A DNA stretch of 64,000 nucleotides. Origin: Mobula hypostoma. Lineage: Eukaryota. A program made the position numbers and the translations under genes. Positions 1 to 12,820 of the stretch are shown in pieces; positions within the stretch are counted from its first letter, which is position 1, and the number at the start of each line of letters is the position of its first letter. The notes beneath the pieces are model-generated. The model saw only the letters and a program-made list of their open reading frames with translations, searched no databases and was not told where the DNA came from. The stretch spans positions 11,658,001 to 11,722,000 of the forward strand of contig NC_086101.1 of the NCBI RefSeq assembly GCF_963921235.1. Direction: 5' to 3'.

Positions 1-875
1 GCGACTCCCTTGTCCACTCGTCTCTCCCCACGGATCTCCCTCCTGGTACTTATCTTTGCAAGTGGAACAAGTGCTACACCTGCCCCTACACCTCCTCCCT
101 CACTACAATTCAGGGCACCAAAAAGTCCTTCCAGGTGAGGTGACACTTGCCCGTGAGTTTGTTGGGGTCACCTACTGTATCCGGTGCTCCCAGTGTGGCT
201 CACTGTATATCGGTGAGACCTGAGGTAAATTGGGAGAGCGCTTCATTAAGCACCCTCAGTTGGTCCACCTCAAACAGTGGAATATCCCAGTGGCCCCTCA
301 TTTCAATTCTATTTCTCATTCCCATTCCAACATGTCAGTCGGCTGGGGCGGGGTTCTGAGTTGGATGATCAGCCATGATCATAATAAATGGCGGTGCTGG
401 CTCAAAGGGCCGAATGGCCTACTCCTGCACCTGTTTTCTATGTTTCTATGTTTCTATGATAAGGCCACACTCAGGCTGGAGAAGCACCACCATATATTCC
501 ACCTGGGTAGACTCTAACCTGATGGCATGAACATCGAACTCTCAAACTTCCAGTAATTACTCCCCCCACAACTCCGCTCATTTATCATTCCCCATTCCTG
601 TTCCTCCCCCCACACCTTCTCTCTCTACGTACACATCACCTCCCTCTGGAGCTCCTCCCCCTTCCCCTTCTTCCATGGTCTTCGGTCCTCTCTGATCAGA
701 TTCCCCCTTGTCCCTTCCACCAATCAACTTCTCAGCTCCTTACTTCACCCTCTCCCAGTTTCACCTATCACCTGTCACCTTGTACTTCTTCCTCCCCTCC
801 CCCCACCTTCTTATTCTGACTTCTTCCCCCTTCCTTTCCAGTCCTGATGTATGGTCTCAGCCAGAAACATCGAGC
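1..875 (+). mobile_element. Penelope-like element 3' part (degenerate GIY-YIG region) with a CR1 3'-end insert at ~341-457
   Basis: Similar to other copies (GTYxCKxNKCYTC, YCIRCSQCG..YIGET, LEKHHHIFHLG). Ends in a degenerate hammerhead motif at ~840-875. Bases 341-457 match the CR1 3' UTR at 8350-8454. Confidence 0.8.
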
Positions 876-1149
876 ATTTACATTGAGCAAGGAGAAGACA
901 TAAGGCCTTCCCAGATTCACGGTGAGATGGAGCCAAAAACTCTCTCTTCCACTTTGGGTGACTCTAGTACATTTTACTTCTGTTCCCACTAGAAATTAAA
1001 GCGGTAGTCCCATGGAAAAACTGTCAAATTCACATGTAAGATGCCAAGTATCCATTCCCTACAAAAAAATTGTTGATTTAATCCAGGATCGATGCTTTTT
1101 TTCTGATATCCACCATCGTGTAAAATCAAAAACTACTTTTCTATAAAAA

Positions 1150-2480
1150 GTAGTGGATACGGCCCAGTCCCTCACGGATAAAGCCCTCCCCGCCATTGAG
1201 CACATCGATATGGAGCGCTGTCACAGGAAAGCAGCATCCATCACCAGGGACCCCCACCACCCAGGCCACGCTCTCTTCTTGCAACTGAAAGAAGGTACAA
1301 GAGCCTCAGGACCTGCATCACCGGGTTCAGGAACAATTATTACCCCTCAATCATCAGACTCCTGAACCCGTGGGGGTAAATTCACTCAATTTCACTCGCC
1401 ACATTGCTAAACTGTTCTCACAAACTATGGACTCACATTCAAGAACTCTTCATTTCATATTCTCAATATTTATTGCTTATTTATTTATTTTGTAATTGCA
1501 CAGTTTGCTTCTGTTGAGAGCAGTTTTTTTCAATTATTTTGTTGTGTTCCTCGGATTTACCAAGTATGCCCCTAATGAATCTCTGGCTTGCATATGGTGA
1601 CATACATGTACTTGGATAATAAATTTCCTTTGAACTTTGAATTATTATATTTTGAGGACAGTTTATCAGTGGCTTGGCATTCTTTCCCCCATCATTATGA
1701 CTCAGACTAAAGAGTGGCAGAGAATGCACGCAGGAGAGGATTGTATTGTACAGCACAAACTAACTTTAGCGAGGATATACTGTCAGTTCAAGCTTATTTT
1801 ATATGCCAATGCACTCCGGCTTTTTATTTGTTTGCATCTGATCTGAACTCTCTATCTAGTTTTAAGTTTCAGTAGACACAGTTCTCTCTAATGGGGACAC
1901 ACGTGGTCTGTACATACCGGCTGTGTGGTGAAAAAGGCACAACAGTGCCTCTTTCACCTCAGACGGTTGAGGAAGTTTGGTATGGGTCCCCAAATCCTAA
2001 GAACTTTCTACAGGGGCACAGTTGAGAGCATCCTGACTGGCTGCATCACTGCCTGGTACGGGAACTGTACCTCCCTCAATTGCAGGACTCTGCAGAGAGC
2101 CTTGCGCATCCGTAGATGAGAATTTCCCACTACTCAGGACATTTACAAAGACAGGTGTGTAAAAAAGGGCCCGAAGGATCATTGGGGACCCAAGTCACCC
2201 CAACCACAAACTGTTCCAGCTGCTACCATCCGGGAAGCGGTACCGCAGCATAAAAGCCAGGACCAACAGGTTCCGGGACAGCTTCTACCTGCATGCCATC
2301 AGACTGATTAATTCATGCTGACACAACTGTATTTCTTTATTATATTGACTATCCTGTTGTACATACTACTTATTACAAACTACTATAAATTACACATTGC
2401 ACATTTAGACGGAGACATAACGTAAAGATTTTTACTCCTCATGCATATGAAGGATGTAAGTAATAAAGTCAGTTGAAATC
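1150..2480 (+). mobile_element. Two 3' fragments of Rex1/Babar-like non-LTR retrotransposons (~1150-1640, ~1925-2480)
   Basis: KKAQQCLFHLRRLRKFG..FYRGTVESILTGCITAWYG and DPHHPGHALF motifs typical of the RT C-terminus, followed by AATAAA and short tandem tails. Confidence 0.75.
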
Positions 2481-3171
2481 AAGTCAGAAACACTGGTTAA
2501 TGAGATATCAACAAACAGAAGATCCAGGAGAGCGTTTGCATGGGAAGATTCAGAGAAATTCTCTTAAGATCTGCAAGAGACATTCCAGCAATCCTAAATA
2601 ATTCTCTGGGGAGTTTTTAGCTCTTGGCCCAGTAGAAAACAGTGGGGCTCGCAGGAAAGAAGAGAAATAGTAGTTACTTTGATATCACTGGGATAGGTGA
2701 ACCTTACAGTTCAGCAGTTCACTGTTAATCTCTGGTGAATATTTGGGAAAATGAAGCCTCCACCTGATACCCTGAAGGTGGACTTAATCACTTAGTAAAT
2801 GCTAATATTTAGTAAGTTCAGAGAAGGTATATGGGACAAGAGATAAGCCGCCTGGAATGCACTGTTAGAGGTGATAGTGGAGGCAAGTATGATAGAGGTG
2901 ATTATAAGGTTCTTAGACATCAGAATATGCAGAGAACAGAAAGATACTGCATGTAGATAATGTAGGCAAAAGGAATTAGCTTAATTAAGTATTAATTACT
3001 AGCTATTTTGGCACAATATCATTTGCTAAAGGGCTCATTCCTATGCTGTACTGTTCTATGTTTTAATTAAAGATAATAGATAATGCATGAAATGAGGCAC
3101 TGTCATTCTTGTATGAAATGAGCGAAATTGTAAGTTGTGAATCAGGCCAAAAAAATCTATGTGACATTTAC

Positions 3172-6100
3172 CTGGTTGAATGTCGTCGAGCATTTCCCTC
3201 CACACGGGCAACGGTAATGGCCACATGAATTCTTCCAGCATCAGAGCCCCATCTGCAACTACAGGAGTCCGGTCTTCTCCAACTCTGCAAAATATTAAAC
3301 CATTTATTTGAAGGTATTTGAATATGAACTATTTCCCGAGCTAATATCATGAAGTTATGCATGCTTTCCGTAAGGGCAACATCCTACCTCTTCTTCTGAC
3401 AGCATTCTTCCTGAAAGAACAAAACGGAAATCAGAAAAGTTGGAGACGGATAATAACTGGCAAATTCCAGTTCCAGTTTACTATTATTATTCAACCTTAC
3501 AAATGCATACAGCTAAACAAAGCAACGTTCCTCAGGGATTAAGGTGCAAAGTACAACACATATGTCACACACAGAACATAAAACTAACATTAGCAGATAA
3601 AAAGAAGTACTCCATAGATGAACAAGTTGACATAATGTGCACACACGACATAGTGTTAAGTATACAACAGTTTTACTCCTGTTCTACATTGAGATCAATG
3701 CTAACTGGCAACTCCTGTGATGCTGCTGATACCGAACTGTATCGGTCTCTGCTGTTCCATAGAAACGTAGAAAACCTACAGCACAATTCAAGCCCTTCAG
3801 CCCACAAAATTGTGCCGAACATGTCCCTACCTTAGAAATTACTAGGATTACCCCTGGCTCTCTAATTTTCCAAGCTCCATGTACCTATCCAGGAGTCTCT
3901 TAAAAGACCCTATCATATCCGCCTCCACCACCGTTGCCGGCAGCCCATTCCTCACACTCACCACTCTCTGTGTAAAAAACTTACCCCTGACATCTCCTCT
4001 GTACCTACTCCCCAGCACCTTAAACCTGTGCCCTCTTGTGGCAGCCATTTCAGCCCTGGGAAAAAGCCTCTGACTATCCACACGATCAATACCTCTCATC
4101 AGGGTGCCAGAGCTCACCAAATCGCCACTCCAGCACCTCTGTAAAAAAAGTCAAAATAAACAAGTGGGGAATTTAACAGCCGCTGCATATAAAATAGAGG
4201 GAATTTTACGGAAGAGGGGGTGGTGGCTGGTGGGGAAAATACCACTAATAACATAAGAACAGGATATTTCAAAGTTGCTGCAGACCAGGCAGCATCTCTA
4301 GGAAGAGGTATGGTCGACGTTTTGGGCCGAGACCCTTCGTCAGGACTAACTGAATCTCCTCCTCCCCCTCCCACTTTCGAATCTCTTACTAGCTCTTCTT
4401 TCAGTTAGTCCTGACGAAGGGTCTCGGCCTGAAACGTCGACTGTACCTCTTCCTAGAGATGCTGCCTGGCCTGCTGCGTTCACCAGCAACTTTGATGTGT
4501 GTTGCTTGAATTTCCAGCATCTGCAGAATAGGATATTTGATCATTTTTGGTGAAATCCTGCAGCCGTAACTGTTTTTTATTTAGGTACTTGTGAAATTCG
4601 TCCTCGCTCGACCTGTTGCTTTCCCAGCATACCCTGCTGTAGCCTCCCACCATTTCACAAATCCTCAGTCTCTCTCCTGCCGAGGGCCAACTATACACAA
4701 GTGTGAGCATTTTTCTGCTCTTTCCAATGGGTACCATTGGATTCCAGGTAGGAGCTGTATTAAGCAAGGAATGAACATCGAAACCTAAGGTTAAAAGTCG
4801 AAAATAATAAAAGAAAAATTCACTGCTCGCTTATCTTCGGCCTCATTTTGATGAAATTCTCAAGGTAATCATCAAAATTCTCTTCTACACCTAGATAAAG
4901 TGACTTTAGTTTTTTTTTCACAAGCCAAATGGAGAAAAAAAAACATTTCTAGGCTATAAGCTATCTTTACATCATTTCAACTATCATTAATAGCAGATCA
5001 ACCCCTTGGCCGAGCTCCACCAACTGTAGTTGAATGGAAAGAGGATCTTTTTCTCTTTGTGTTGATAGGAAAAGGAGTAATTTAGCGAGGCAATGAACAA
5101 GACGAAACACATTTCCAAACCTCCCAAATGGTTGCTCTCCTCCCCGTTAACATTTGTCACTTCCAAAATACGATATTTTTTATTCGTATAGATACGATAA
5201 TAATTTATGCAAAGATTCAAGCTTCTTTAACTTTTTATATATTTAAAGACTAAATAGGACCTGTATTGGTCTGACTATATAATACCCAACGTGTGAGGAT
5301 ATTGTGAGTATTGACACTCACAGATACACTTCCTGACCAACCATTTCTGCGAGAGAAACGGTACCAGGCAGAGTTGCCAACCTTCTGCTTTTGATACTAA
5401 TATTTAGCAATATTCGTGGCTTTAGCAATACTGTAGTTCATCAGACGTTCTTTTTTCATACTTGATTACTTGGTTCCAATTTAGGCGGCTAAAAGTGTAA
5501 AAACCTTACTTGCTTTATTTCTGTTATTTTTATACCTGCAGAGGAACACTGCTAAGCGCTGCGGGCCCTGCCGTCTGCTCTGACTCAGTCACATTAGTAA
5601 GGCTACATCTGTGGTGGTCCATGGATTACTTGCTAATACAAAAGTAAATTTTCCTCACTAACAATCCTTTGGCTTCTAAGCAAACAATGTTAACTTCTTT
5701 CTTTCGTAAAAAAGCTGAGGAGTGTAACAAGAATAACATACAAGAGACTGATAACAGTGGAAGTGACAAAAGCTGTGATAATTATATTTTATGATAATTA
5801 GTGAGTGCAAACGTGCAATACTTTGTCATATTATTAAATTAAGTATTATATGTTTGATTGTACCAGTTATACACTGAAATGTAGTGATAGGCTATTATCC
5901 TGTTAACGTCTTAACTATCACTATATTTCTGTGGAGCACTGGAATTCATATATTTCTTTCATCTTGCTTTAGTGCTTGACATTATAAGAAGCCCTACTTT
6001 ATATATATTTATATATATATATGTCACACCCAATATGTGTACCTGCTCATTACATGAATGGGGCAAGGAAGTTGCCCAGTACATGAGATAAGTAGATACA

Positions 6101-9100
6101 CAAATCGGGTGTGACATAGGAGGGCTGATTGATAAGTTCGTGGCCTAAGGTGGAAGGAGTCAATTTTAGAAAACCTAGCAATTTTCAATTATCTGAAACA
6201 GAAATACTGCAAAAGTTATTAACTTCAAACTTTCCGCAGAACCACACAAAGAGTTGAGCTGCACGTGCATTTAACGAGAGCTGTATAACCCTAGGCCACG
6301 AACTTATCAATCACCCTTCGTACAGCTCCGACACTTAAAGCATTTAAAGGTTGCATGGATGAACTACAACAATTGTTCATCCCAGTTTGGCAAAAGAATA
6401 AATCACGGAAGGTAGTGCACCCGTGGCTGACAAGAGAAATTAGGGATAGTATCAATTCCAAAGAAGAAGCATACAAATTAGCCAGAGAAAGTGGCTCACC
6501 TGAGGACTGGGAGAAATTCAGAGTTCAGCAGAAGAGGACAAAGGGCTTAATTAGGAAGGGGAAAAAAGATTATGAGAGAAAACTGGCAGAGAACATAAAA
6601 ACGGACTGTAAAAGCTTTTATAGATATGTAAAAGGGAAAAGACTGATAAAGACAAATGTAGGTCCCCTGCAAACAGAAACAGGTGAATTGATTATGGGGA
6701 GCAAGGACATGGCAGACCAATTGAATAATTACTTTGGTTCTGTCTTCACTAAGGAGGACATAAATAATCTTCCAGAAATAGTAAGGGACAGAGGGTCCAG
6801 TGAGATGGAGGAACTGAGTGAAATACATGTTAGTAGGGAAGTGGTGTTAGGTAAATTGAAGGGATTAAAGGCAGATAAATCCCCAGGGCCAGATGGTCTG
6901 CATCCCAGAGTGCTTAAGGAAGTGGCCCAAGAAATAGTGGATGCATTAGTGATAATTTTTCAAAACTCGTTAGATTCTGGACTAGTTCCTGAGGATTGGA
7001 GGGTGGCTAATGTAACCCCACTTTTTAAAAAAGGAGGGAGAGAGAAACCGGGGAATTATAGACCGGTTAGCCTAACGTCGGTGGTGGGGAAACTGCTGGA
7101 GTCAGTTATCAAGGATGTGATAACAGCACATTTGGAAAGCGGTGAAATGATCGGACAAAGTCAGCATGGATTTGTGAAAGGAAAATCATATCTGACGAAT
7201 CTCATAGAATTTTTTGAGGATGTAACTAGTAGAGTGGATAGGGGAGAACCAGTGGATGTGGTATATTTGGATTTTCAAAAGGCTTTTGACAAGGTCCCAC
7301 ACAGGAGATTAGTGTGCAAACTTAAAGCACACGGTATTGAGGGTAAGGTATTGGTGTGGGTGGAGAATTGGTTAGCAGACAGGAAGCAAAGAGTGGGAAT
7401 AAACGGGACCTTTTCAGAATGGCAGGCGGTGACTAGTGGGGTACCGCAAGGCTCAGTGCTGGGACCCCAGTTGTTTACAATATATATTAATGACTTGGAT
7501 GAGGGAATTAAATGCAGCATCTCCAAGTTTGCGGATGACACGAAGCTGGGTGGCAGTGTTAGCAGTGAGGAGGATGCTAAGAGGATGCAGGGTGACTTGG
7601 ATAGGTTGGGTGAGTGGGCAAACTCATGGCAGATGCAATTTAATGTGGATAAATGTGAAGTTATCCACTTTGGTGGCAAAAATAGGAAAACAGATTATTA
7701 TCTGAATGGTGGCCGATTAGGAAAAGGGGAGGTGCAACGAGACCTGGGTGTCATTATACACCAGTCATTGAAAGTGGGCATGCAGGTACAGCAGGCGGTG
7801 AAAAAGGCGAACGGTATGCTGGCATTTATAGCGAGAGGATTCGAGTACAGGAGCAGGGAGGTACTACTGCAGTTGTACAAGGCCTTGGTGAGACCACACC
7901 TGGAGTATTGTGTGCAGTTTTGGTCCCCTAATCTGAGGAAAGACACCTTTGCCATAGAGGGAGTACAAAGAAGGTTCACCAGATTGATTCCTGGGATGGC
8001 AGGTCTTTCATATGAAGAAAGACTGGATGAACTGGGCTTGTACTCGTTGGAATTTAGAAGATTGAGGGGGGATCTGATTGAAACGTATAAGATCCTAAAG
8101 GGATTGGACAGACTAGATGCGGGAAGATTGTTCCCGATGTTGGGGAGGTCCAGAACGAGGGGTCACAGTTTGAGGATAGAGGGGAAGCCTTTTAGGACCG
8201 AGATTAGGAAAAACTTCTTCACACAGAGAATGGTGAATCTGTGGAATTCTCTGCCACAGCAAACTGTTGAGGCCAGTTCATTGGCTATGTTTAAGAGGGA
8301 GTTAGATATGGCCCTTGTGGCTACAGGGGTCAGGGGGTATGGAGGGAAGGCTGGGTTCTGAGTTGGATGATCAGCCATGATCATAATAAATGGCGGTGCA
8401 GGCTCAAAGGGCCGAATGGCCTACTCCTGCACCTATTTTCTATGTTTCTATGTTGACACCTAAAAAATTGGCACTGCACCCCTGCCTCTCCTCATCTTAT
8501 ACACCTCTATCAGGTCACCTCTCATCCTGCGTCGCCCCAAGGAGAAAAGGCTGAGTTCACTCAACCTGTTTTCATAAGGCATGCACCCCAATCCAGGCAA
8601 CATCCTTGTAAATCTCCTCTGCACCCTTTCTATGGTTTCACATCATTCCTGTAGTGACGCGACCAGTACTCCAAGTGGGGTCTGACCAGGGTCATATATA
8701 GCTGCAACATTACCTCTCGGCTCCTAAACTCGATCCCACGATTGATGAAGGCCAATACAGAGTACACCTTCTTAACCACAGAGTCAACCTGTGCAGCTGC
8801 TTTGAGCATCCTATGGACTCAGACCCCAAGATCCCTCTGATCCTCCACACTGCCAAGAGTCTTACCATTAATACCATATTCTGTCATCATATTTGACCAA
8901 CCAAAATGAACCACTTCACACTTATCTGGGTTGAACTCCATCTGCCAGTCCAGTTTTGCATCTTATCAATGTCCCGCTGTAACCTCTGACAGCCCTCCAC
9001 ACTATCCACAACACCCCTGACCTTTGTGTCATCAGCAAACTTACTAACCCATCCCTCCACTTCCTCATCCAGGTCATTTATAAAAATCACGAAGAGTAAG

Positions 9101-12096
9101 GGTCCCAGAACAGATCCCTGTGGCACACCACTGGTCCCTGACCTCCATGCAGATTATGACCCAGCTACAAACGCTCTTTGCCTTCTGTGGGCAAGGCAGT
9201 TCTGGATCCACAAAGCAATGTCCACTTGGATTCCATGCCTCCTTACTTTCTCAATAAGCCTTACATGGGGTACCTTATCAAATGCCTTGCTGAAATCCAT
9301 ACACAGTACATCTACTGCTCTTCCTTCATCAATGTGTTTAGTCACATCCTCAAAAATTCAATCTGGCTCGTAAGGCATGACCTGCCCTTGACAAAGCCAT
9401 GCTGACTATTCCTAATCATATTATACCCCTCCAAATGTTCATAAATCCTGCCTCTCAGGATCTTCTCCATTAACTTACCAACCACTGAAGTAAGACTCAC
9501 TCATCTATAATTTCCTGGGCTATCTCTACTCCCTTTCTTGAATAAGGGAACAACATCCGCAACCCTCCAGTCCTCCGGAACCTCTCCCATCCCCACTGGG
9601 TTCATCAGTTGCGTGGAAAGAGGGAGCTTGCTACATGGGTGACAGCTTGCTCTCCACATCGTACTGCCCAGACTTGCATACCTAGACTGCTAGGACACAA
9701 TATCCAAGGTGAACTCTGACCAACAGAGGCCTCAGAATCAGATTACCCCTACTGTCGCTGTTGTGCACTGGGTTAAAAAAGGGTGTTAAAAAGTCCGTCA
9801 GCCTGGAGAAATAGCTGTTACTCAGTCTAGTAGTCCTTTTTCTTCCACTACAGTACCTGCTGGCTCTACTGTAGTAATAGGTTGTGGGACAGATGGGAGA
9901 GGTCCTTGGCAATTCTAAGTGCATTAGACTTAGTTGTAAGAGTACATTAGTTCATTAATATTTTCCTCAATTTAATAAAAGCTAGTAATTTTTACAGTTA
10001 GATCTAGAAGGAATATCAAAAGTACTGTGTGCAATTTTAGTGATGGAGTTATTGACAGGGTGTAATTGCAATGAGTGTCACGGGTTATTGTCTTGGTAAT
10101 GTGGAGAAGCTCAATATGGGGTTTCCCTTGAAGCAGGGGAGGCGTATGTGGGGGCAATTTGACAAATGTGTACGATATGATAGATAGTGAGAATAATGTC
10201 CTCTGGGGCAGAGTGTTGAAACTACAGGTCAGAGTTTTTGGTGTAGGGGACAAGAGGATCAGATAGGATTCTAGGAACATTTTTATGTATACAGGTAGTG
10301 TGGTTGGACTCTGGAATGTAATGCCTGAGGGGATCTTGTACTCTCACAACTTTGAAGAAGTGTCTAGAAAAGCACTTGAATGACTAAGGCACTGAAGACT
10401 ACATACAAAGCACTAACACTGACAGGATGAATGTGAATGGGTACATGATGGATGGAGCACCATTTGATCTAAGTTTTGCTCTATAATTCTATGATTCTAA
10501 CTTGCTGTGTAAAATTCAAAATTGTTTAATGCCATTTTTCCCAGGGCTCAAATGGCAAACACGTGGACACAGTTTTATTGTGCTTGGAAGCAGGTACAGA
10601 GAAGATGTCAGGGGTAAATTTTTTTATGCTGAGAGTGGTGGGTGCGTGGAATGAGCTGCTGGTGATGGTGGTGGAGGAGGATACAAAAGGGTCTTTTAAG
10701 AGGCTCCTGGATAGGTGCATGTGGCTTAGAAAGATAGAGGGCTATGTGGTAGGGTGATTCTGGGCAGTTTCTAGAGTGGGTTATATGGTTGGCACAACAT
10801 TGTGGGCCAAAGGGCCTGTATTGTGCCATAGGTTTCGATGTTTTATGTTCTATGTATATCATTTCTGCATACAAGTGCAAAGGAGAACAAAACAATTGTT
10901 ACTTAGGATCTGATGTGGTACAGAACAAAGATAAAGCACAGAACAATAATAAAAATCACAATAAATAGAAATACATAGGATGGTGTATATTCATAGCTTG
11001 ATGGCATGTCTATAAAGTGACACTAGGCCAGTAAAGTAACCCACACAGGCAACAGGATTACACCCTAATCGTTCTGCTCAGCTGACAGTTCCAAAATCGT
11101 TAATCGTTAAATCTTTCTCATTCTGACCCATCATCAAGATGTGAGTCGGCTTACACCGTTCTGAACCGAACCACACGTCCTCACCTTCAGAAAAATCACA
11201 TCATCTTTCTGCTCCATCTGTTTCTGCAGCGTTGAGATTGCCTCCTCAATGGAAATTAAACTCTCTTGAATCTCCCGAAGATTTTCCTCCATTAGACCCA
11301 CAACCTTTTCCTCGTGTTCTTTGAGATTTCCGATTAAACGCTGCTCTTTCTCAGCAAGACTCTGATGTATCTTGGTGAATTCGGATGAGATGTGGGACTC
11401 CAGACCACGGGACTCATCCTATCGAATAAAATGAGGGCAATTTTATACAACGCAATAACTGGAGCAAAACTAAATGAGATCACATAAAGCCAGAAGGCGA
11501 GACTCTACCCGAATCTCTAAAATCTTCCGCTTCTGTTGCTGCTCCAGTTTGAGAATTGTCGATTTCCTCTCGGTGAGCGACGTGAGGGAAGATCTCACCT
11601 GCTCCTGGAATATTACGGAACAAACGCGTGAGAGAATAAAAATGCGTGAGGTTAATTGGGTGAATAAATTCGTTTCCCGTTTTACCTTGTAGATTTCAAC
11701 AGCTTCTTTAATCGGCATAAAGTTGTGAGACTTGTGTTCGCGCGCATCCCTACAGATCAGGCAGATGAGTTTTCTGTCAGTTTCACAAAATAGCTTCAGT
11801 TCTTCCTCGTGTTCATTGCAGCGAAGTTTAGTCTTCTTCGATTTCGGATTCGGGTTCAGTTTTCGAGCTTTCTCTGACAATCTCACTAAGGCCCGATTCC
11901 CTCTGAGGATCATTTTCTTAAATTCCTCTCGACATTCCGGGCAGAAATACCTCTGCTCCTTTTCCCAGTACTGTGTGATACAGGAGCGACAGAAGTTGTG
12001 CTCACAGTCCAGAGACACCGGATCGGTGAAGAAATCCAGGCAGATGGGACAAATTACCTCCTCCGTTAAACTCTCGACCTGTTGTTTTGAAGCCAT
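3172..12096 (-). CDS. TRIM gene A (class IV RING-Bbox-CC TRIM, TRIM39/A33-like); 3'-partial, B30.2 exon expected left of the window
   Basis: Exons (minus strand) 12096-11686 (411 nt; C3HC4 [21 protein letters not shown] and B-box2 CNEH..C..C..C..H..H), 11604-11509 (96), 11418-11185 (234, coiled coil), 3410-3388 (23), 3284-3172 (113). All have GT/AG boundaries and stay in frame; exon sizes match paralogs B and C. The last exon ends in phase 1, as needed to join a VSVTLD PRY/SPRY exon. Confidence 0.9.
4407..4442 (+). ncRNA. Minimal type I hammerhead ribozyme motif (Penelope terminus), intact core
   Basis: AGTC-CTGACGA-A-GGGTCTCGGCCT-GAAAC-GTC-GACT: stem I AGUC/GACU, both conserved core boxes, stem II, palindromic ACGU in place of stem III, GUC cleavage triplet. 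Confidence 0.75.
6119..6320. mobile_element. Mariner/Tc1-type MITE
   Basis: ~28-bp TIR ..TGATTGATAAGTTCGTGGCCTA / TAGGCCACGAACTTATCAATCA.., flanked by TA at 6117-6118 and 6321-6322. Confidence 0.85.
6340..8454 (+). mobile_element. Young 5'-truncated CR1 LINE with an uninterrupted 668-aa ORF2 fragment (RT domain; 6355-8361)
   Basis: [42 protein letters not shown] and KFADDTKL motifs; (TTTCTATG)n tail; ~10-bp TSD GACACTTAAA (6330-6339) / GACACCTAAA (8455-8464). Confidence 0.95.
10526..10855 (+). mobile_element. CR1 3' fragment
   Basis: [19 protein letters not shown] motif, 3' UTR GGGCCAAAGGGCCTGT and TATGTT tail. Confidence 0.8.
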
Positions 12097-12243
12097 GTTT
12101 AACTCCCGGTACTTCCTGGTTTAAAGGCCTTCCCGTCGGGCGAAGATGTGAACTGTTCCACCATTGTCCACTAAAGACGCTGTGGTGCTCGGGAAATGAA
12201 CCGGGAATAAAACGCGCGCAAAATGCTGGGGGTAAAATGAACG

Positions 12244-12279
12244 GGTCCTGACGAAGGGTCTCGGCCCGAAACGTCGGCT
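12244..12279 (+). ncRNA. Minimal hammerhead ribozyme motif, intact core, ~150 bp upstream of the gene A ATG (antisense to the gene)
   Basis: GGTC-CTGACGA-A-GGGTCTCGGCCC-GAAAC-GTC-GGCT, followed by the Penelope terminal sequence to ~12378. Confidence 0.7.
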
Positions 12280-12569
12280 GTTTCCTCTTTTCGGTGGATG
12301 CTGCCTGGCCTGCTGAGTTCCTCCAACATTTTGTGTGGGTTGCTTGGTTTTCCAGTATCCGCCGATTTTCTCTTGTTTGGGAACAGAACTCGTTCGCTGC
12401 GGCAGTGCAGAGTGAAGCGGAGCGGCGTGTCCAGAGACCAAAAACAACCATAGGTGACTGGAATGGAGCAGTACCCACCCACCCCACCCCTCTCCCGTCG
12501 CTATTTTCTCTCCTCATGCTCTACGAATTCTTCCCCTATAGTGGACTGCACGATTTAGGGTAACGCTAA

Positions 12570-12820
12570 TAGCCTGGGTTCAATTCCCTCCCCTGTCTCT
12601 AGGAAGTCTGTATGTTCTCCTGGTGAGTTTCCCCCGGGTGCTCCGATTTCCTCCCATATTACAAAAACAGATGGGTTAGGGTTAATGAGTTGTGGGCATG
12701 CCGGAAGCATTGAGGGCTGCCCAGCATAACCTTCGCTGATTTGATTTGACGGATACAATGCACTTCACTGTATGTTTTGATTTTTCAGTGCACGTGATAA
12801 ATAAAGTTAATCTTATCTCT
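12570..12820 (+). mobile_element. V-SINE-like tRNA-derived SINE remnant
   Basis: B-box GGGTTCAATTCCC followed by a V-domain-like TTTCCCCCGGGTGCTCCGATTTCCTCCCA and a LINE-like 3' end. Confidence 0.6.

Larger units (their letters stand above)
4100..8484. mobile_element. hAT-like non-autonomous DNA transposon containing nested elements
   Basis: 8-bp TSD CCTCTCAT (4092-4099) / CCTCTCCT (8485-8492). Imperfect TIRs CAGGGTGCCAGAGC and, reverse-complemented, CAGGGGTGCAGTGC. Confidence 0.65.
3757..9595 (-). mobile_element. Degenerate CR1 LINE split by a 4.4-kb insertion (pieces 3757-4099 and 8485-9595)
   Basis: RT motifs on the minus strand ([36 protein letters not shown]). The CR1 sequence continues seamlessly across 4099/8493. 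Confidence 0.85.

Noticed and set aside
6355..8361. 668-aa ORF as a host gene or a bacterial retron/group II RT
   Set aside because: Motifs, 3' tail and TSD identify a 5'-truncated CR1 ORF2.
12112..12120. CCAG|GAAGT as a splice acceptor for an upstream 5' UTR exon
   Set aside because: No polypyrimidine tract, and gene C has CCGGAAGT with no AG at that position; an ETS motif fits better. Not fully excluded.
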